From a virus (Duplodnaviria > Caudoviricetes), in the IMG/VR virus record IMGVR_UViG_3300025707_000484: a stretch of 64,000 bases of DNA; one strand, 5' to 3'. Positions 49,725 through 59,772 of this stretch are shown here, in pieces; position 1 is the first letter of the stretch, and every line of letters begins with the position of its first letter. The notes under the pieces were generated by a model, which searched no databases, was not told where the DNA came from, and was given only the letters and a program-made list of their open reading frames with translations. The position numbers and the translations under genes were made by a program.

Positions 49725-50224
49725 TACATTACCTGGTTAACATCTATTACCTCAGATTGTTTATTAATTTCACTTACAAAATATGCACATTGGGGTTTTG
49801 GATCATCATTTAATGGTATTGCTAATAATTGACCTGTTTTAAGTTTTGGAAAATACCATTTAACTTCTGTATAGATATCTACAATGTCTATTTCTCTATA
49901 CTCATGCATATATCCACTTAGACAATTATATAAAAATGCTTCAAAACCTCTATCATTCACACTTGTTAGGGGCAATACTTCTAAGTCTCCCACTTCAGGA
50001 CTACCCACTACAATGTGCCAATCAACTGGCATCATTATTCTATCTTTCCCCAATTGAATTACTAATGCTGGCGCATTAAAACTCTCTAAAAATATTAAGG
50101 GAATAAAAAAGTAATCTGGATCCTGTGGATTACTATTATCTAATATACAAAAACGAACATCATCTACCTTTTCAGGCATCTCATTCATAGCGAATGCTTT
50201 ATCTTCTAATGTATGTATTCTCAT
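49724..50224 (-). CDS. Hypothetical phage protein
   Basis: DYFFIPLIFLESFNAPA. Confidence 0.7.
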   Translation of the reverse strand: MRIHTLEDKAFAMNEMPEKVDDVRFCILDNSNPQDPDYFFIPLIFLESFNAPALVIQLGKDRIMMPVDWHIVVGSPEVGDLEVLPLTSVNDRGFEAFLYNCLSGYMHEYREIDIVDIYTEVKWYFPKLKTGQLLAIPLNDDPKPQCAYFVSEINKQSEVIDVNQVM

Positions 50225-50244
50225 TGATTTCCTTATTTAATTGA

Positions 50245-50724
50245 TTAAAAAGGTGGAATTTGATCAGCAGTTCCATCATCTGCTGTATTACCTCCATCTT
50301 TTATAGCATCGTCTTTATCCGTCGTAGGTGGTTTATAATTAGGATTTGGCACTATTCCTTTCTTAGGATCTACTACATATGCAGAATTATCTTTTGGTGG
50401 AATAGATAGAGGTGTATTAGCATCTCCATGTCCTTTAACTGTAGTACTTGCTCTTGGTGCTATACCTGGTGCAACTGGCGTTGATGATTTAACATCTGCA
50501 GCTTTCTGATCTTGTAACTTTTGAGCAAGGTTTAAAGTATTAACTATTTTTTCTAATGATGCAATTTGCTTCACTAATAAAATAATTTCAGACTGTAATC
50601 CCTTGTTCTCGGCTTTGGCCCTAATTAACTCCTCCGCAAGGTCCTTAATAGATTCTTGTATAGATTTGATGTTGTCGGACACTTCGTGGTGCTTTTTGTA
50701 AAGATCACTCACTTGTGTACTCAT
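50245..50724 (-). CDS. Coiled-coil hypothetical protein
   Basis: Likely start at ATG 50724, 5 nt after TAAATA. Confidence 0.6.
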   Translation of the reverse strand: MSTQVSDLYKKHHEVSDNIKSIQESIKDLAEELIRAKAENKGLQSEIILLVKQIASLEKIVNTLNLAQKLQDQKAADVKSSTPVAPGIAPRASTTVKGHGDANTPLSIPPKDNSAYVVDPKKGIVPNPNYKPPTTDKDDAIKDGGNTADDGTADQIPPF

Positions 50725-50738
50725 GCCAATATTTAGCA

Positions 50739-52187
50739 CTACTGCCAGTTAATTTTATCTACTGTAAACGGATATTCTGCCTCCCTATAAAAACTTTTCC
50801 TTTTTGTTAAGTGACGTTTTGCAAACTTACAAGTACTCGTTATATCCCATATTTGCACAAAGTCCTTGTCCTCTGCTTTACGGACGCCACGCCCGATGCT
50901 CTGTATAACCCGCACAAAACTTTTTCCTGGTTCTATTAACACAAGATTAAATATTCGCGGGATGTTAATTCCTACTGATGCAACGCCATACGTTGCTATA
51001 ATGATTTTTGCTTCTGCTGTACGTACTTCATCATAATGCTCTTTACGCTCATCCGCTTTTGTAGCACCACTGATGAATACACTATCCTTTAATTTTAATT
51101 GTATTGCTTTACCAGCACTAATTCTGTCTACAAGTATAAGTGTATTGCCACTCTTTTTAACATCATTTAAAAACTCGCCTATATACGATACCCTATCCTC
51201 GTTAGTAAGCAAATACTTTAATTCGCTTTGATAGTTATTATACTCACCATAGTCCTGTAACTGCACGATATTCACGTGACAGTTTGCCAGAACGCCCTTC
51301 TCCTGCAAATCGGCGGCAGCTACCCTATTGACTACTTCCCCTATGCTGACACGCAGTGACATCCATTCGAATTGCTCCTTGGGTATGGTTCCAGTTAAAC
51401 CCCAACGTATGGGTACATGAGACAATTGCTGGGTCAGTAACTGCTTGAGCACGTCTGCCTTACTCTGATGTACCTCATCTACTATCACACAGCAAACGTC
51501 CTCTATAAAGTCTTCAAACGTTATATCTGCTTGAGCATTACGAGTACGCTTCATCAGTATATTAAGGGATTGCCACGTACATATAGTATGAGTGTGTCCA
51601 AACTCTTTTCTATCTCCATAGAACACACCTACATCTAAACCCAAGTTGGCATAGTCTTCCTCTGTTTGAGTAACTAAACTCTTATTGGGTACTATAACTA
51701 TTGTCCTACCATATGGCTCACATTTGTGACTGAGTATTGCTGTAACAAGTGTCTTACCAGCACCAGTAGCAACCTCTTGAATGGACTGCGGGGATTGTAG
51801 AAAGTTATTGATAACCTCTACTTGGTAATCTCGCAATATAATAGGTTGCCCTTCGTGCGTATGTTTTTTAGGCCATTTATATTCACTATAACTAACTTCA
51901 GTTACTGGCTCAAATACTAAATCAACTGGCTTACGATAATCTATCAGATCAATTTTATAATTAGAAATGTCATCTAATATGTCTGGCAAGAGATTAATAA
52001 ACGTGCTACCGCCCAATTGGAAGAAACTTATTTTGCCATCCCAGCGTCCTAAACGAACTGCTGGCATAAATCGCGCATGAGGAATATCGAATTTAAACTT
52101 ATTAGATAACTTTCGTCTATCCGTTAAGTCTAATCCCTCAAATTTACAATTTACTTCGTCTTTTAAATATAACTTACACTTTGGCAT
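50739..52187 (-). CDS. uvsW: SF2 DNA helicase UvsW
   Basis: LRDYQ, ATGAGKT, DEVH, GLTGT and QSIGRG motifs. Confidence 0.9.
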   Translation of the reverse strand: MPKCKLYLKDEVNCKFEGLDLTDRRKLSNKFKFDIPHARFMPAVRLGRWDGKISFFQLGGSTFINLLPDILDDISNYKIDLIDYRKPVDLVFEPVTEVSYSEYKWPKKHTHEGQPIILRDYQVEVINNFLQSPQSIQEVATGAGKTLVTAILSHKCEPYGRTIVIVPNKSLVTQTEEDYANLGLDVGVFYGDRKEFGHTHTICTWQSLNILMKRTRNAQADITFEDFIEDVCCVIVDEVHQSKADVLKQLLTQQLSHVPIRWGLTGTIPKEQFEWMSLRVSIGEVVNRVAAADLQEKGVLANCHVNIVQLQDYGEYNNYQSELKYLLTNEDRVSYIGEFLNDVKKSGNTLILVDRISAGKAIQLKLKDSVFISGATKADERKEHYDEVRTAEAKIIIATYGVASVGINIPRIFNLVLIEPGKSFVRVIQSIGRGVRKAEDKDFVQIWDITSTCKFAKRHLTKRKSFYREAEYPFTVDKINWQ

Positions 52188-53124
52188 AATAATTTTGACC
52201 AGGCCCAACCATTCCTTCCTTTGATTTTATATTACTATAATAACATACTTTGGGTATTTGGTCAATTAAAATGTTAAAACTATTCTCGTTTACCATTCGT
52301 GTAAAAAATATCATTTGTGGTTCAATATTACTTTGTATCAATGTTTGTATTGAATAACTATAATAAACATCACAATTAGACTTCATCTTGTGACTTGGTG
52401 GTAATAACACTACACTAATTTTATTTTTATTCACTAATTTATTAACTACTTTAGTTACTAATTCACTATAGTGTCCTAAATTAGGATCTTCGTTATTGTC
52501 TGGCTTATAAAATACTATAGGTGTTCTCTTATACTTTAGAGCGTATTGTATAATCTGCTCAAGTTTAGAATGCTCATTTTTACTGCCAGTAAACAACGTC
52601 ACATATTGATTATTGAGCATTGTATGCTCTACTGAATCGTCTAATAAACCTAAAACGTTACTACTTAATCCATAACACAACTCAATAGACTTATCTATTA
52701 ATTGCCACACATTTTCAACTTTATTCTGCTTAAGATATTCTATCAATTCATCACTAGCATTTTTCATAATAGGTTTGCCATTTATGAAATCTAACTGAAT
52801 AAGATGATTGTGAATTTCTGATTGTACTTTTTCTATTTCATCTAAATAATAGCAAACATCTTCATCAAAAATAACATCTTCTTCCATATCATTATTACGC
52901 AAATAATTAGCAAGAAATAATAAATTGGGTTCGCTTAAATTAAAAATCCAAGCATCTTCTTCCGGGTCATAATAAACATTTTGGGCCGCTTCCTTAACAT
53001 ACTCATAAAATTGCTGTGATATTTTTTGGACATACGAAGTGCCCCATTGTTCTAAATCGAACTCAGGCACCCTTACGTGAATACTATCGTCTTGTATGGA
53101 AACTTGCCAGCAATTATATTTCAT
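52174..53124 (-). CDS. Hypothetical protein
   Basis: 316-aa ORF. Confidence 0.65.
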   Translation of the reverse strand: MKYNCWQVSIQDDSIHVRVPEFDLEQWGTSYVQKISQQFYEYVKEAAQNVYYDPEEDAWIFNLSEPNLLFLANYLRNNDMEEDVIFDEDVCYYLDEIEKVQSEIHNHLIQLDFINGKPIMKNASDELIEYLKQNKVENVWQLIDKSIELCYGLSSNVLGLLDDSVEHTMLNNQYVTLFTGSKNEHSKLEQIIQYALKYKRTPIVFYKPDNNEDPNLGHYSELVTKVVNKLVNKNKISVVLLPPSHKMKSNCDVYYSYSIQTLIQSNIEPQMIFFTRMVNENSFNILIDQIPKVCYYSNIKSKEGMVGPGQNYYAKV

Positions 53125-53128
53125 ATCA

Positions 53129-53157
53129 ATAAAAAGGGAGGCTCATGGGCCTCCCCG
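53129..53157 (-). terminator. Intrinsic terminator
   Basis: GGGAGGC..GCCTCCC hairpin followed by a T-tract on the minus strand. Confidence 0.75.
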
Positions 53158-53219
53158 AAGCTTATAGATACTTATAGTTGGAGCGATACTAAAGTATCTT
53201 TTAGGAAATTGTTATTATT

Positions 53220-54284
53220 TTAGTTAGCCGACGCCTGCTTACTGACGCGGGTCATAACCGTTGTCTCCGCTAGGCGCTTCCAGTTGTCTTTCGACATTTT
53301 ACGCAGGTCACCAATCTTCAGTGCCATACGTAGGCTCATTTCCCGAAGCCTATCCTTGTTTTCTTCCATGTAGTCCAAAATCTCGTCCTCATCGGAAGAC
53401 TTAAACCCGTATCCTACAAACAACTCACCATTCTTGGCAATGTCCTTAATACGGAGTATTTTGTCGCGCATTGTATCGAGCGTCAAATCCAGGTAATGGC
53501 AACGCGACTGAAGTGCGTCCAAGTGATCTTTGATCTTCTTGCTCCGGACGTTTTCAAACTTCACGTTGGTGATAAAGATCGCTGAGCCATTAAAGTCAAA
53601 CATATTCGGAATCCCTTCCGCTCTCAGTTTAGCACTATCAGCATTCCAGTGGATTCGGCGTCTCTTACCTGAGTCCAATGCCGCTTTCAGTATGTTGAGT
53701 GACAAGTCATCAAACAATACAGTGTCGCAGTCATCAAACACTAGCACATTGTTCTTGTCGCTGTATTCATACAGTTTGGCGTAAAGTCCAAGGGCAGTCA
53801 TCGCGCCTTTGACTACGTCATAACGTATCTTCTTACCAGCAATCTTGTCAAACAATACGGCTTTCTCAAGAGTGGTTTCCACAATGTAGGACTTACCAAC
53901 CCCTGGAGGGCCTGTTACGATCATTGCTCGAACATCACCATCGATTGTGGCTTGGGTCATACTGCCCAAGATCTCAAATCGCTCTGCAATGCGAGCCATA
54001 ACCTCAGTGTCGGTCTCCCCCGCTTCAACAGAGGCGCCAACCATTTTAGCGGCCGCTTCTTCTGCTACTGACTCACCCACACGTTCATAATGTAGTGGGG
54101 AATCTACCTTAACACGGATGTTCCGCTGAGGGTAAGCAGAGTTGCCAGTTCCATCAACTGTGATGTAACCACCTTTTTTGCCCACTTTATAATCGCGGAC
54201 CAATGGGAATACTACATCTTCAACTATCCCACCGGGTGCATCCGCGTGGTATCCTTTCGTTACTGAAACATATTGTGTTGACAT
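53220..54284 (-). CDS. AAA-family ATPase
   Basis: GPPGVGKS, VLVFDDCD, FITN and ALQSRC motifs. Confidence 0.85.
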   Translation of the reverse strand: MSTQYVSVTKGYHADAPGGIVEDVVFPLVRDYKVGKKGGYITVDGTGNSAYPQRNIRVKVDSPLHYERVGESVAEEAAAKMVGASVEAGETDTEVMARIAERFEILGSMTQATIDGDVRAMIVTGPPGVGKSYIVETTLEKAVLFDKIAGKKIRYDVVKGAMTALGLYAKLYEYSDKNNVLVFDDCDTVLFDDLSLNILKAALDSGKRRRIHWNADSAKLRAEGIPNMFDFNGSAIFITNVKFENVRSKKIKDHLDALQSRCHYLDLTLDTMRDKILRIKDIAKNGELFVGYGFKSSDEDEILDYMEENKDRLREMSLRMALKIGDLRKMSKDNWKRLAETTVMTRVSKQASAN

Positions 54285-54307
54285 AATTCGCTCCTGTATG
54301 TCGTTGG

Positions 54308-54691
54308 TTAAACTAATTCGTAGGGTTTACTGTAGTTCCCTACTTCGAGGTTGAAGTAAAAAGCGGTATGGAAATAATCCACCATCGCATCACTCTTGTC
54401 AAACCATTCCCGGCCGCCTTCTGCTTTACCGGGTGCTGTCTTAATGACATCAACAATGTCATCAAACAATTTGGCATGTTCACCATACATGTGAGTGTGG
54501 TAATGATTGACCTGAGCATACCCGCGATCACCTTCACGCATTATGTCGGAAAAATCAACATTGCCCTTCTTAATGGTAACTGTCACCGATGAGTGATGTT
54601 GCTTCTTTACTCCAAATTTCAACTCGGGTCCGAATTCCTCTTTAAGAGTTTCTCGGATTGCCTTTACTTCGTTTGTTCGTATATAAGCCAT
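54308..54691 (-). CDS. Early protein, LPD29-like
   Basis: IRETLK.EF..LKF.V...SDAMVDYFHTAFY. Confidence 0.6.
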   Translation of the reverse strand: MAYIRTNEVKAIRETLKEEFGPELKFGVKKQHHSSVTVTIKKGNVDFSDIMREGDRGYAQVNHYHTHMYGEHAKLFDDIVDVIKTAPGKAEGGREWFDKSDAMVDYFHTAFYFNLEVGNYSKPYELV

Positions 54692-54697
54692 TACGCC

Positions 54698-54952
54698 TTA
54701 TCTCCGTGAGTGGTGGTTGGTTTCAACTACGCATCTTGGGACGCCATAACGGCCATCCATATTCCAACGATGCGTCAATTTGCCTTCGATCCCATACCGT
54801 TCAACAGTAAGGGGCGTATCAAACCCGCCTTTGAGCAGGTTAAATTCTGCAACCGCATCCATAAGGGTAGCGGTGGATGCGGATATAAAAATCCGGGCAC
54901 CACCTAGTATGGGTTCACGGTAAAAAACTTTAAAACAGCCTTGATCTAACAC
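54698..54952 (-). CDS. Hypothetical early protein
   Basis: GTG start after a GAGAG-rich leader. Confidence 0.5.
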   Translation of the reverse strand: MLDQGCFKVFYREPILGGARIFISASTATLMDAVAEFNLLKGGFDTPLTVERYGIEGKLTHRWNMDGRYGVPRCVVETNHHSRR

Positions 54953-55110
54953 TTGGGTAACTCTCTGTTTCTTAACTTACTATACTAGTCTAACATATCG
55001 AGCAGATCTGTCACTCTTTTTATGACGCTAAGTGCTTGATTTCATTGAAGAACGACAAATTTCTGATATTTCTGGTGAAAAATTGCTGAAATTGCTGGTT
55101 TTCTGAGCAT

Positions 55111-55165
55111 TAACCCGATACTTTATAGGGTATCTAGGGCAATAACCCGATATTTTATAGGGTAT
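55111..55165. repeat. Two 23-bp direct repeats with internal dyad symmetry
   Basis: TAACCCGATA(C/T)TTTATAGGGTAT at 55111 and 55143. Confidence 0.85.
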
Positions 55166-55191
55166 TTGAGGTATATTAGGAACTGCTTATA

Positions 55192-56085
55192 TTAGGGTTT
55201 GCTACTGGACTTGGTTTTCTTAGCCTTTTTCTTAGCCTTTTTCTTAGCCTTCTTTTTCGTAGTTTTCTTAAGAGTTTTCCACTTATCATTAACGCCTTTA
55301 ACCTTCTTTAAATTGTCTATGGTAATATCTATTTCTTTTGGATACGCAAAAATATTAATTATCTGGCTAGTTGGATCATCAAATATACATCCCTTACTCT
55401 CAAAAAAGTTATCAGGATTAAAATTATTTGAAGGAACCCAATATGCTTCATAACCAATATCTTTAACAAACTGGAATAATTCTTTTGTATTTTCCTGTGC
55501 CTCGCACATAATAAAAGGACGATGTTGGGAAAACAATTTCTCACCTGTTTGTAGTATATCTGCTTCATTACCACTTACATTAACTTTTACTAAACCACAA
55601 TGCTCTAATCCAATATCATCCAATTTAAACACAGCACATTGTTCTAAAGTATCACCACTATCCTTAATAGTAGTTTTTAAATTACCATGATCTATTTCAT
55701 CATTAATATTATTAATAGGAATATATAAAGGACGTTGAGTACCTATCGCCGCTTTAAAATGTTGTGCGTTGAATGCGTTGTTGAGGGTTAAATTGGTGAC
55801 TAAAAAATAATAATTTAAATCACTAGGTTCAAAACTTAAAATTTTACCTTCATCTCCAACTAATTTACTGTAAAAAACAGAATGAATACCGATATTAGCT
55901 CCTACATCAACTACATTAGTGCCTGGACGTATAATTTGTGATGCTAATGCCAATTCTGCTTCTGCGTATTCGCCATAATTATCTAAACTACGACCAATTA
56001 CAACATCATTTAAATTATAAGCAAAATCACCATGCTTACATTGTTTTACTCGTACACTACCTTGTGATACAATTGGAAATCCCAT
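55192..56085 (-). CDS. FkbM-family methyltransferase with Lys-rich tail
   Basis: VVDVGANIG and SFEP motifs. Confidence 0.85.
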   Translation of the reverse strand: MGFPIVSQGSVRVKQCKHGDFAYNLNDVVIGRSLDNYGEYAEAELALASQIIRPGTNVVDVGANIGIHSVFYSKLVGDEGKILSFEPSDLNYYFLVTNLTLNNAFNAQHFKAAIGTQRPLYIPINNINDEIDHGNLKTTIKDSGDTLEQCAVFKLDDIGLEHCGLVKVNVSGNEADILQTGEKLFSQHRPFIMCEAQENTKELFQFVKDIGYEAYWVPSNNFNPDNFFESKGCIFDDPTSQIINIFAYPKEIDITIDNLKKVKGVNDKWKTLKKTTKKKAKKKAKKKAKKTKSSSKP

Positions 56086-56093
56086 AATATTAC

Positions 56094-56858
56094 TTATACC
56101 CTTTTACTATAATCTGTTATTGTCCCATTCATCCATGTTAACAACAGAGCAGTTTCATCAAAATAATTCTTACTCTGTATCATTTTATGTGTGCTTTTAG
56201 GCAACACACCCCTATCCATTAGATCAACCATTGTTAAATCAAACGGATCATCTGGTTCATTCCAGTTGCGAGCTGGTTTTACAACCGCATATATATTACG
56301 ATTGTTTTCTAATTTTTGAAAGTACCCGCCTTGACAATCCCAACCAGACATTGCTAAATGTCGTATTAATATAGGTAAATTATAATAATTTCTATCATAC
56401 TGATCAAATTTACTTTTTAAACGATTATATTCCATATCTAAAGTTTGCGGCACAGCGAGCAGTAGTAATGAGTAATCTGTCATTACTCGCCTTATTTCTA
56501 TTAATCCTTGTACTGGATCTTTTAATTGCTGTAAAGTATGATGACACCAACCCATATTAAATTCGTCATCTTTATAAGGCATTGATAATATATCACCTTG
56601 AACTCTATCAAACTTGTCTGTTTTTGAATCTATTAAATCTATGCCTGAAACTTTTGTATAATTAGCATATTGGTCATTTTCATCAAATGGTGCTTGATTG
56701 CAAAACCATTGAGTTATCGAACCATCACCACATCCAAAATCACAAATATGAATCATATTAGTAAATAATTCTGCTGACACTACTTTAAAAAATTCATCAG
56801 CTGAATTTTTTAAGTGTAAATGTTCACCAATCATCCTTCGTTTTTGATCAGAATTCAT
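56094..56858 (-). CDS. Class I SAM-dependent methyltransferase
   Basis: ICDFGCGDG, GID and GDI..MPY motifs. Confidence 0.82.
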   Translation of the reverse strand: MNSDQKRRMIGEHLHLKNSADEFFKVVSAELFTNMIHICDFGCGDGSITQWFCNQAPFDENDQYANYTKVSGIDLIDSKTDKFDRVQGDILSMPYKDDEFNMGWCHHTLQQLKDPVQGLIEIRRVMTDYSLLLLAVPQTLDMEYNRLKSKFDQYDRNYYNLPILIRHLAMSGWDCQGGYFQKLENNRNIYAVVKPARNWNEPDDPFDLTMVDLMDRGVLPKSTHKMIQSKNYFDETALLLTWMNGTITDYSKRV

Positions 56859-57313
56859 TATACTGTAACGTCCTCCATTCCTGAAGTTCTCAATCTTATT
56901 ATATTACTTACCTGAAATTGCTTAACATCTAATCCCTTAATAACTCCTAACCATTTATTTCGTACAAGTGCGACTTCATTTATAATTGTTTCGAGGTCTA
57001 TTACCTCGTCTTCTCCATCGACATACTTTTCAACATCGCGGGAGGTCAGGGCCCGCTGATAATTCTCTAAATAACTCTTAAAGTGCTTACGCCTTACTTT
57101 TCTTAATTGAATGTTTAGAAACTGTAATATTGCTTCTATTTCTTGTAACTGGTTAAACCTGTGCTCTACAATGCCAGGTAATTCAGACGAATTCTTCTCT
57201 AATATTCCTTTTATTTTAACATCTTTTTTTGCTGGTATTAATTCACCTTCATAATACTCTAATGCATCAGGAATATTGATCAAATCTTGAACTATTTTAT
57301 TATACCAAGTCAT
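56858..57313 (-). CDS. uvsY: Recombination mediator UvsY-like protein
   Basis: YLENYQRALTSRDVEKYVDGE; located near uvsX. Confidence 0.75.
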   Translation of the reverse strand: MTWYNKIVQDLINIPDALEYYEGELIPAKKDVKIKGILEKNSSELPGIVEHRFNQLQEIEAILQFLNIQLRKVRRKHFKSYLENYQRALTSRDVEKYVDGEDEVIDLETIINEVALVRNKWLGVIKGLDVKQFQVSNIIRLRTSGMEDVTV

Positions 57314-57316
57314 ATA

Positions 57317-57532
57317 TCACCAGTCGTCTTCGTCATCAAATTCCTCAACATCATTTAAGTCTTCTAATGCTTGAGCAATTACTGGACAGTTATCTGCCAA
57401 CTCACTCAACGTGTCAGCAGTAGTGTCCTCATTTAAATAATTGACAATTTGTTCCGCGGCTGATGATACTTCTTTTTTTGGTATATATGCTTTAAGTATG
57501 TCCCAAATATTTACTAGAACAGTATCTTCCAC
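57317..57532 (-). CDS. Small acidic hypothetical protein
   Basis: GAGG RBS and GTG start. Confidence 0.65.
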   Translation of the reverse strand: MEDTVLVNIWDILKAYIPKKEVSSAAEQIVNYLNEDTTADTLSELADNCPVIAQALEDLNDVEEFDDEDDW

Positions 57533-57562
57533 AAATGATCCTCGTTTTTAGAGTTATTTATG

Positions 57563-58612
57563 TTAATCGGCCGTTTCTTCCTCTTGTGCTGATACGTTAA
57601 AATTGCGAGCAACAAGGTCTTCCATTACGATATCTAACTTCTCTCCAATCCAACCTTTCCTAAACTCTAAAATTTCTGTACCATCTTTACAAATGTATTT
57701 TAACCTATTTCCTTGCTTCGCAACCCAGGACTGTGCTTCAAACATCTCAAGTAATCCACTATATGGATCCATGCCTTGTTCATAAGGAATTTTAACATGA
57801 ACTCCCTCAAATGGTTTTGCGTAACGAGTTTTCATTACTTTACAAGCGGCTCGTATACCGTGTACTTGTGATGTTTTAGTTCCTTCGCTATCTTCTTTTA
57901 ACTTTAAAAGTTTCATAGCAATTACTATTGAAGATGCATAAATGAACCCTTGTCCACCACTAATTTTATCATCTGGATTAAACATATCTTGTGATGCATA
58001 AGTGTGATTAGTTGCTACTAAACCAACATTATATCCACCAAACATATTAACGCAATTACGAACTAATGCTGTTAATGCTTTAGGTTTACGACCCAAATCA
58101 CCTTTCATATCACCTCTATCAAACTGATCTACATCAGTTTGAGTTAATAACATACCAAGTGAATCAATAACAAATAATATCTTAGGGCGTTCTTCCTCAG
58201 ACATTAATTTATAATCTTTCATAAATGTACTAATGGTTTTAGCGACATCATCGATCATACTCATACTCAATCGCATTATTTTATCTTCGTCAGTACTGAC
58301 GCCGATTCGTTCTAACCACTCTTTATCAAGAGCATTTTCACTATCTATTAATACTACAAAAATTCCTTGTTCTTGAGCGGCCTTTACAATATTGCCTGCC
58401 GCAATATACGACTTTCCTGAACCTGATTCTCCGGCAAGTACTGTTACTCTGCCAAGTGGAACTCCTTTATAAAAGTCTCCACTTACGAGATAATTGAGAC
58501 AATAGTTGCCTAATGAGATCCAGTCTGTTGGATCGTTAAAACCTACAGATAATCCATCTATAGATTTTGTAATATCTCGTCTAAATTTACTTACGTCAAA
58601 TGGTTTTACCAT
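57563..58612 (-). CDS. uvsX: RecA-like recombinase UvsX
   Basis: AGESGSGKS, IDSENA, VIDSLG, NHTY and SGG motifs. Confidence 0.92.
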   Translation of the reverse strand: MVKPFDVSKFRRDITKSIDGLSVGFNDPTDWISLGNYCLNYLVSGDFYKGVPLGRVTVLAGESGSGKSYIAAGNIVKAAQEQGIFVVLIDSENALDKEWLERIGVSTDEDKIMRLSMSMIDDVAKTISTFMKDYKLMSEEERPKILFVIDSLGMLLTQTDVDQFDRGDMKGDLGRKPKALTALVRNCVNMFGGYNVGLVATNHTYASQDMFNPDDKISGGQGFIYASSIVIAMKLLKLKEDSEGTKTSQVHGIRAACKVMKTRYAKPFEGVHVKIPYEQGMDPYSGLLEMFEAQSWVAKQGNRLKYICKDGTEILEFRKGWIGEKLDIVMEDLVARNFNVSAQEEETAD

Positions 58613-58644
58613 AATTGTTTCCTAAAGAAATTCTATAATTATAA

Positions 58645-58673
58645 TATGTGGAGCGGTTTCCCGCCCCACATAT
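58645..58673 (-). terminator. Hairpin after the SSB gene (terminator or stabiliser)
   Basis: ATATGTGGGGCGG-GAAA-CCGCTCCACATAT. Confidence 0.6.
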
Positions 58674-58683
58674 CTAACTTATT

Positions 58684-59637
58684 TTACTGATTCTGTCTTG
58701 AGCGGATAGTCGCTAAAATATCCTCTGCTTTAGAACCGCCACTACTCTTTGGAGTTTCGGAGACACTCGCTTCTTGTTTTGCTTCCTTTTCCTCAGTTGC
58801 GGCAGTGGATGCTACTGGGGCGGCGGAAGTTCTTGTTCCATTATCCGGTGTTGCAAAACCAGATGGACGGAAATACTGACCATAAAGATCAGGATCATAC
58901 TGACCGCCATCAACAGATGCTTCAAACATGTCTTTAATGACATTTACTGCTGTCTCTTCAGGTTTCTTTGGAAGGAAGTCACTCAAATTCCAAAGTCCAT
59001 GTTCAGTAATAGCACCCATCTCATCTTTATCTAACGCTCGTTCACGTCGTGACCAGGATGATGTTGAGTAATCAGAATAGCCGCCTTTTGTTGTCTTTGT
59101 CAAACGGAAATCCAAACCCTGCATATAGTCAACTGGAAGTTCCTCTAACTCAGGATCCATCAAAGCCGCTTTTAAGATTTGGAAAATCTGTGGACCGATA
59201 ATAAATCGGCGAATGGGATTTTCTGGAACTGTGTCTTCTGCGAGAGGACTATCCAAAACAAATCCTTGGAAAACGTAAGAACGCTTTTTCCAATATTTCC
59301 GACCCATATCCTCAAGGGATGAGTCTTTGAACCAAGTGCGAACCTCGGTCAATACTGGGCAAGTTTCTCCAAACATTTCCATACAGGGAACCTGTACAAA
59401 GCAGTTTTTAGAATCATTGTCTCCTTTAATACCTTGAAAAGGAAGCCTGATCATAAGTCTTTCTGCCCAAAAGAACGGATTGCTCTCGTTTAAGTCGGGT
59501 AGAAATCGTAATACTGCTGTGGATTGCTCTGGGATATTCCAGAATGGGTAAATGGCGTTATCGCCACTAAATTTAGAACCGCTACTTTTATTGTCTTGTG
59601 CCTGTAGCCGCGCACGTATGTCTGCTAATGATGCCAT
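58684..59637 (-). CDS. ssDNA-binding protein (T4 gp32-like)
   Basis: IYPFWN, LRFLPD, CPVL, YWKKRSY, DFRLTKT.KGGYSDY; start MASLADIRARL. Confidence 0.9.
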   Translation of the reverse strand: MASLADIRARLQAQDNKSSGSKFSGDNAIYPFWNIPEQSTAVLRFLPDLNESNPFFWAERLMIRLPFQGIKGDNDSKNCFVQVPCMEMFGETCPVLTEVRTWFKDSSLEDMGRKYWKKRSYVFQGFVLDSPLAEDTVPENPIRRFIIGPQIFQILKAALMDPELEELPVDYMQGLDFRLTKTTKGGYSDYSTSSWSRRERALDKDEMGAITEHGLWNLSDFLPKKPEETAVNVIKDMFEASVDGGQYDPDLYGQYFRPSGFATPDNGTRTSAAPVASTAATEEKEAKQEASVSETPKSSGGSKAEDILATIRSRQNQ

Positions 59638-59703
59638 AATAATATGCCTCTTGTCTGTTATTTGCCTAAAATGTGCCTGATCATACAATGCACATTAATA
59701 TAC

Positions 59704-59732
59704 ATTATATGATATTGTATTTAGTTTGTCAA
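59704..59732 (-). promoter_or_regulatory. Consensus sigma70 promoter of the SSB gene with an embedded TAAATA
   Basis: TTGACA-aactaaatacaatatca-TATAAT. Confidence 0.8.
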
Positions 59733-59772
59733 GTAAAAAGAGGGTGTTTTATGGTTTTTTAAAGATTTTATC

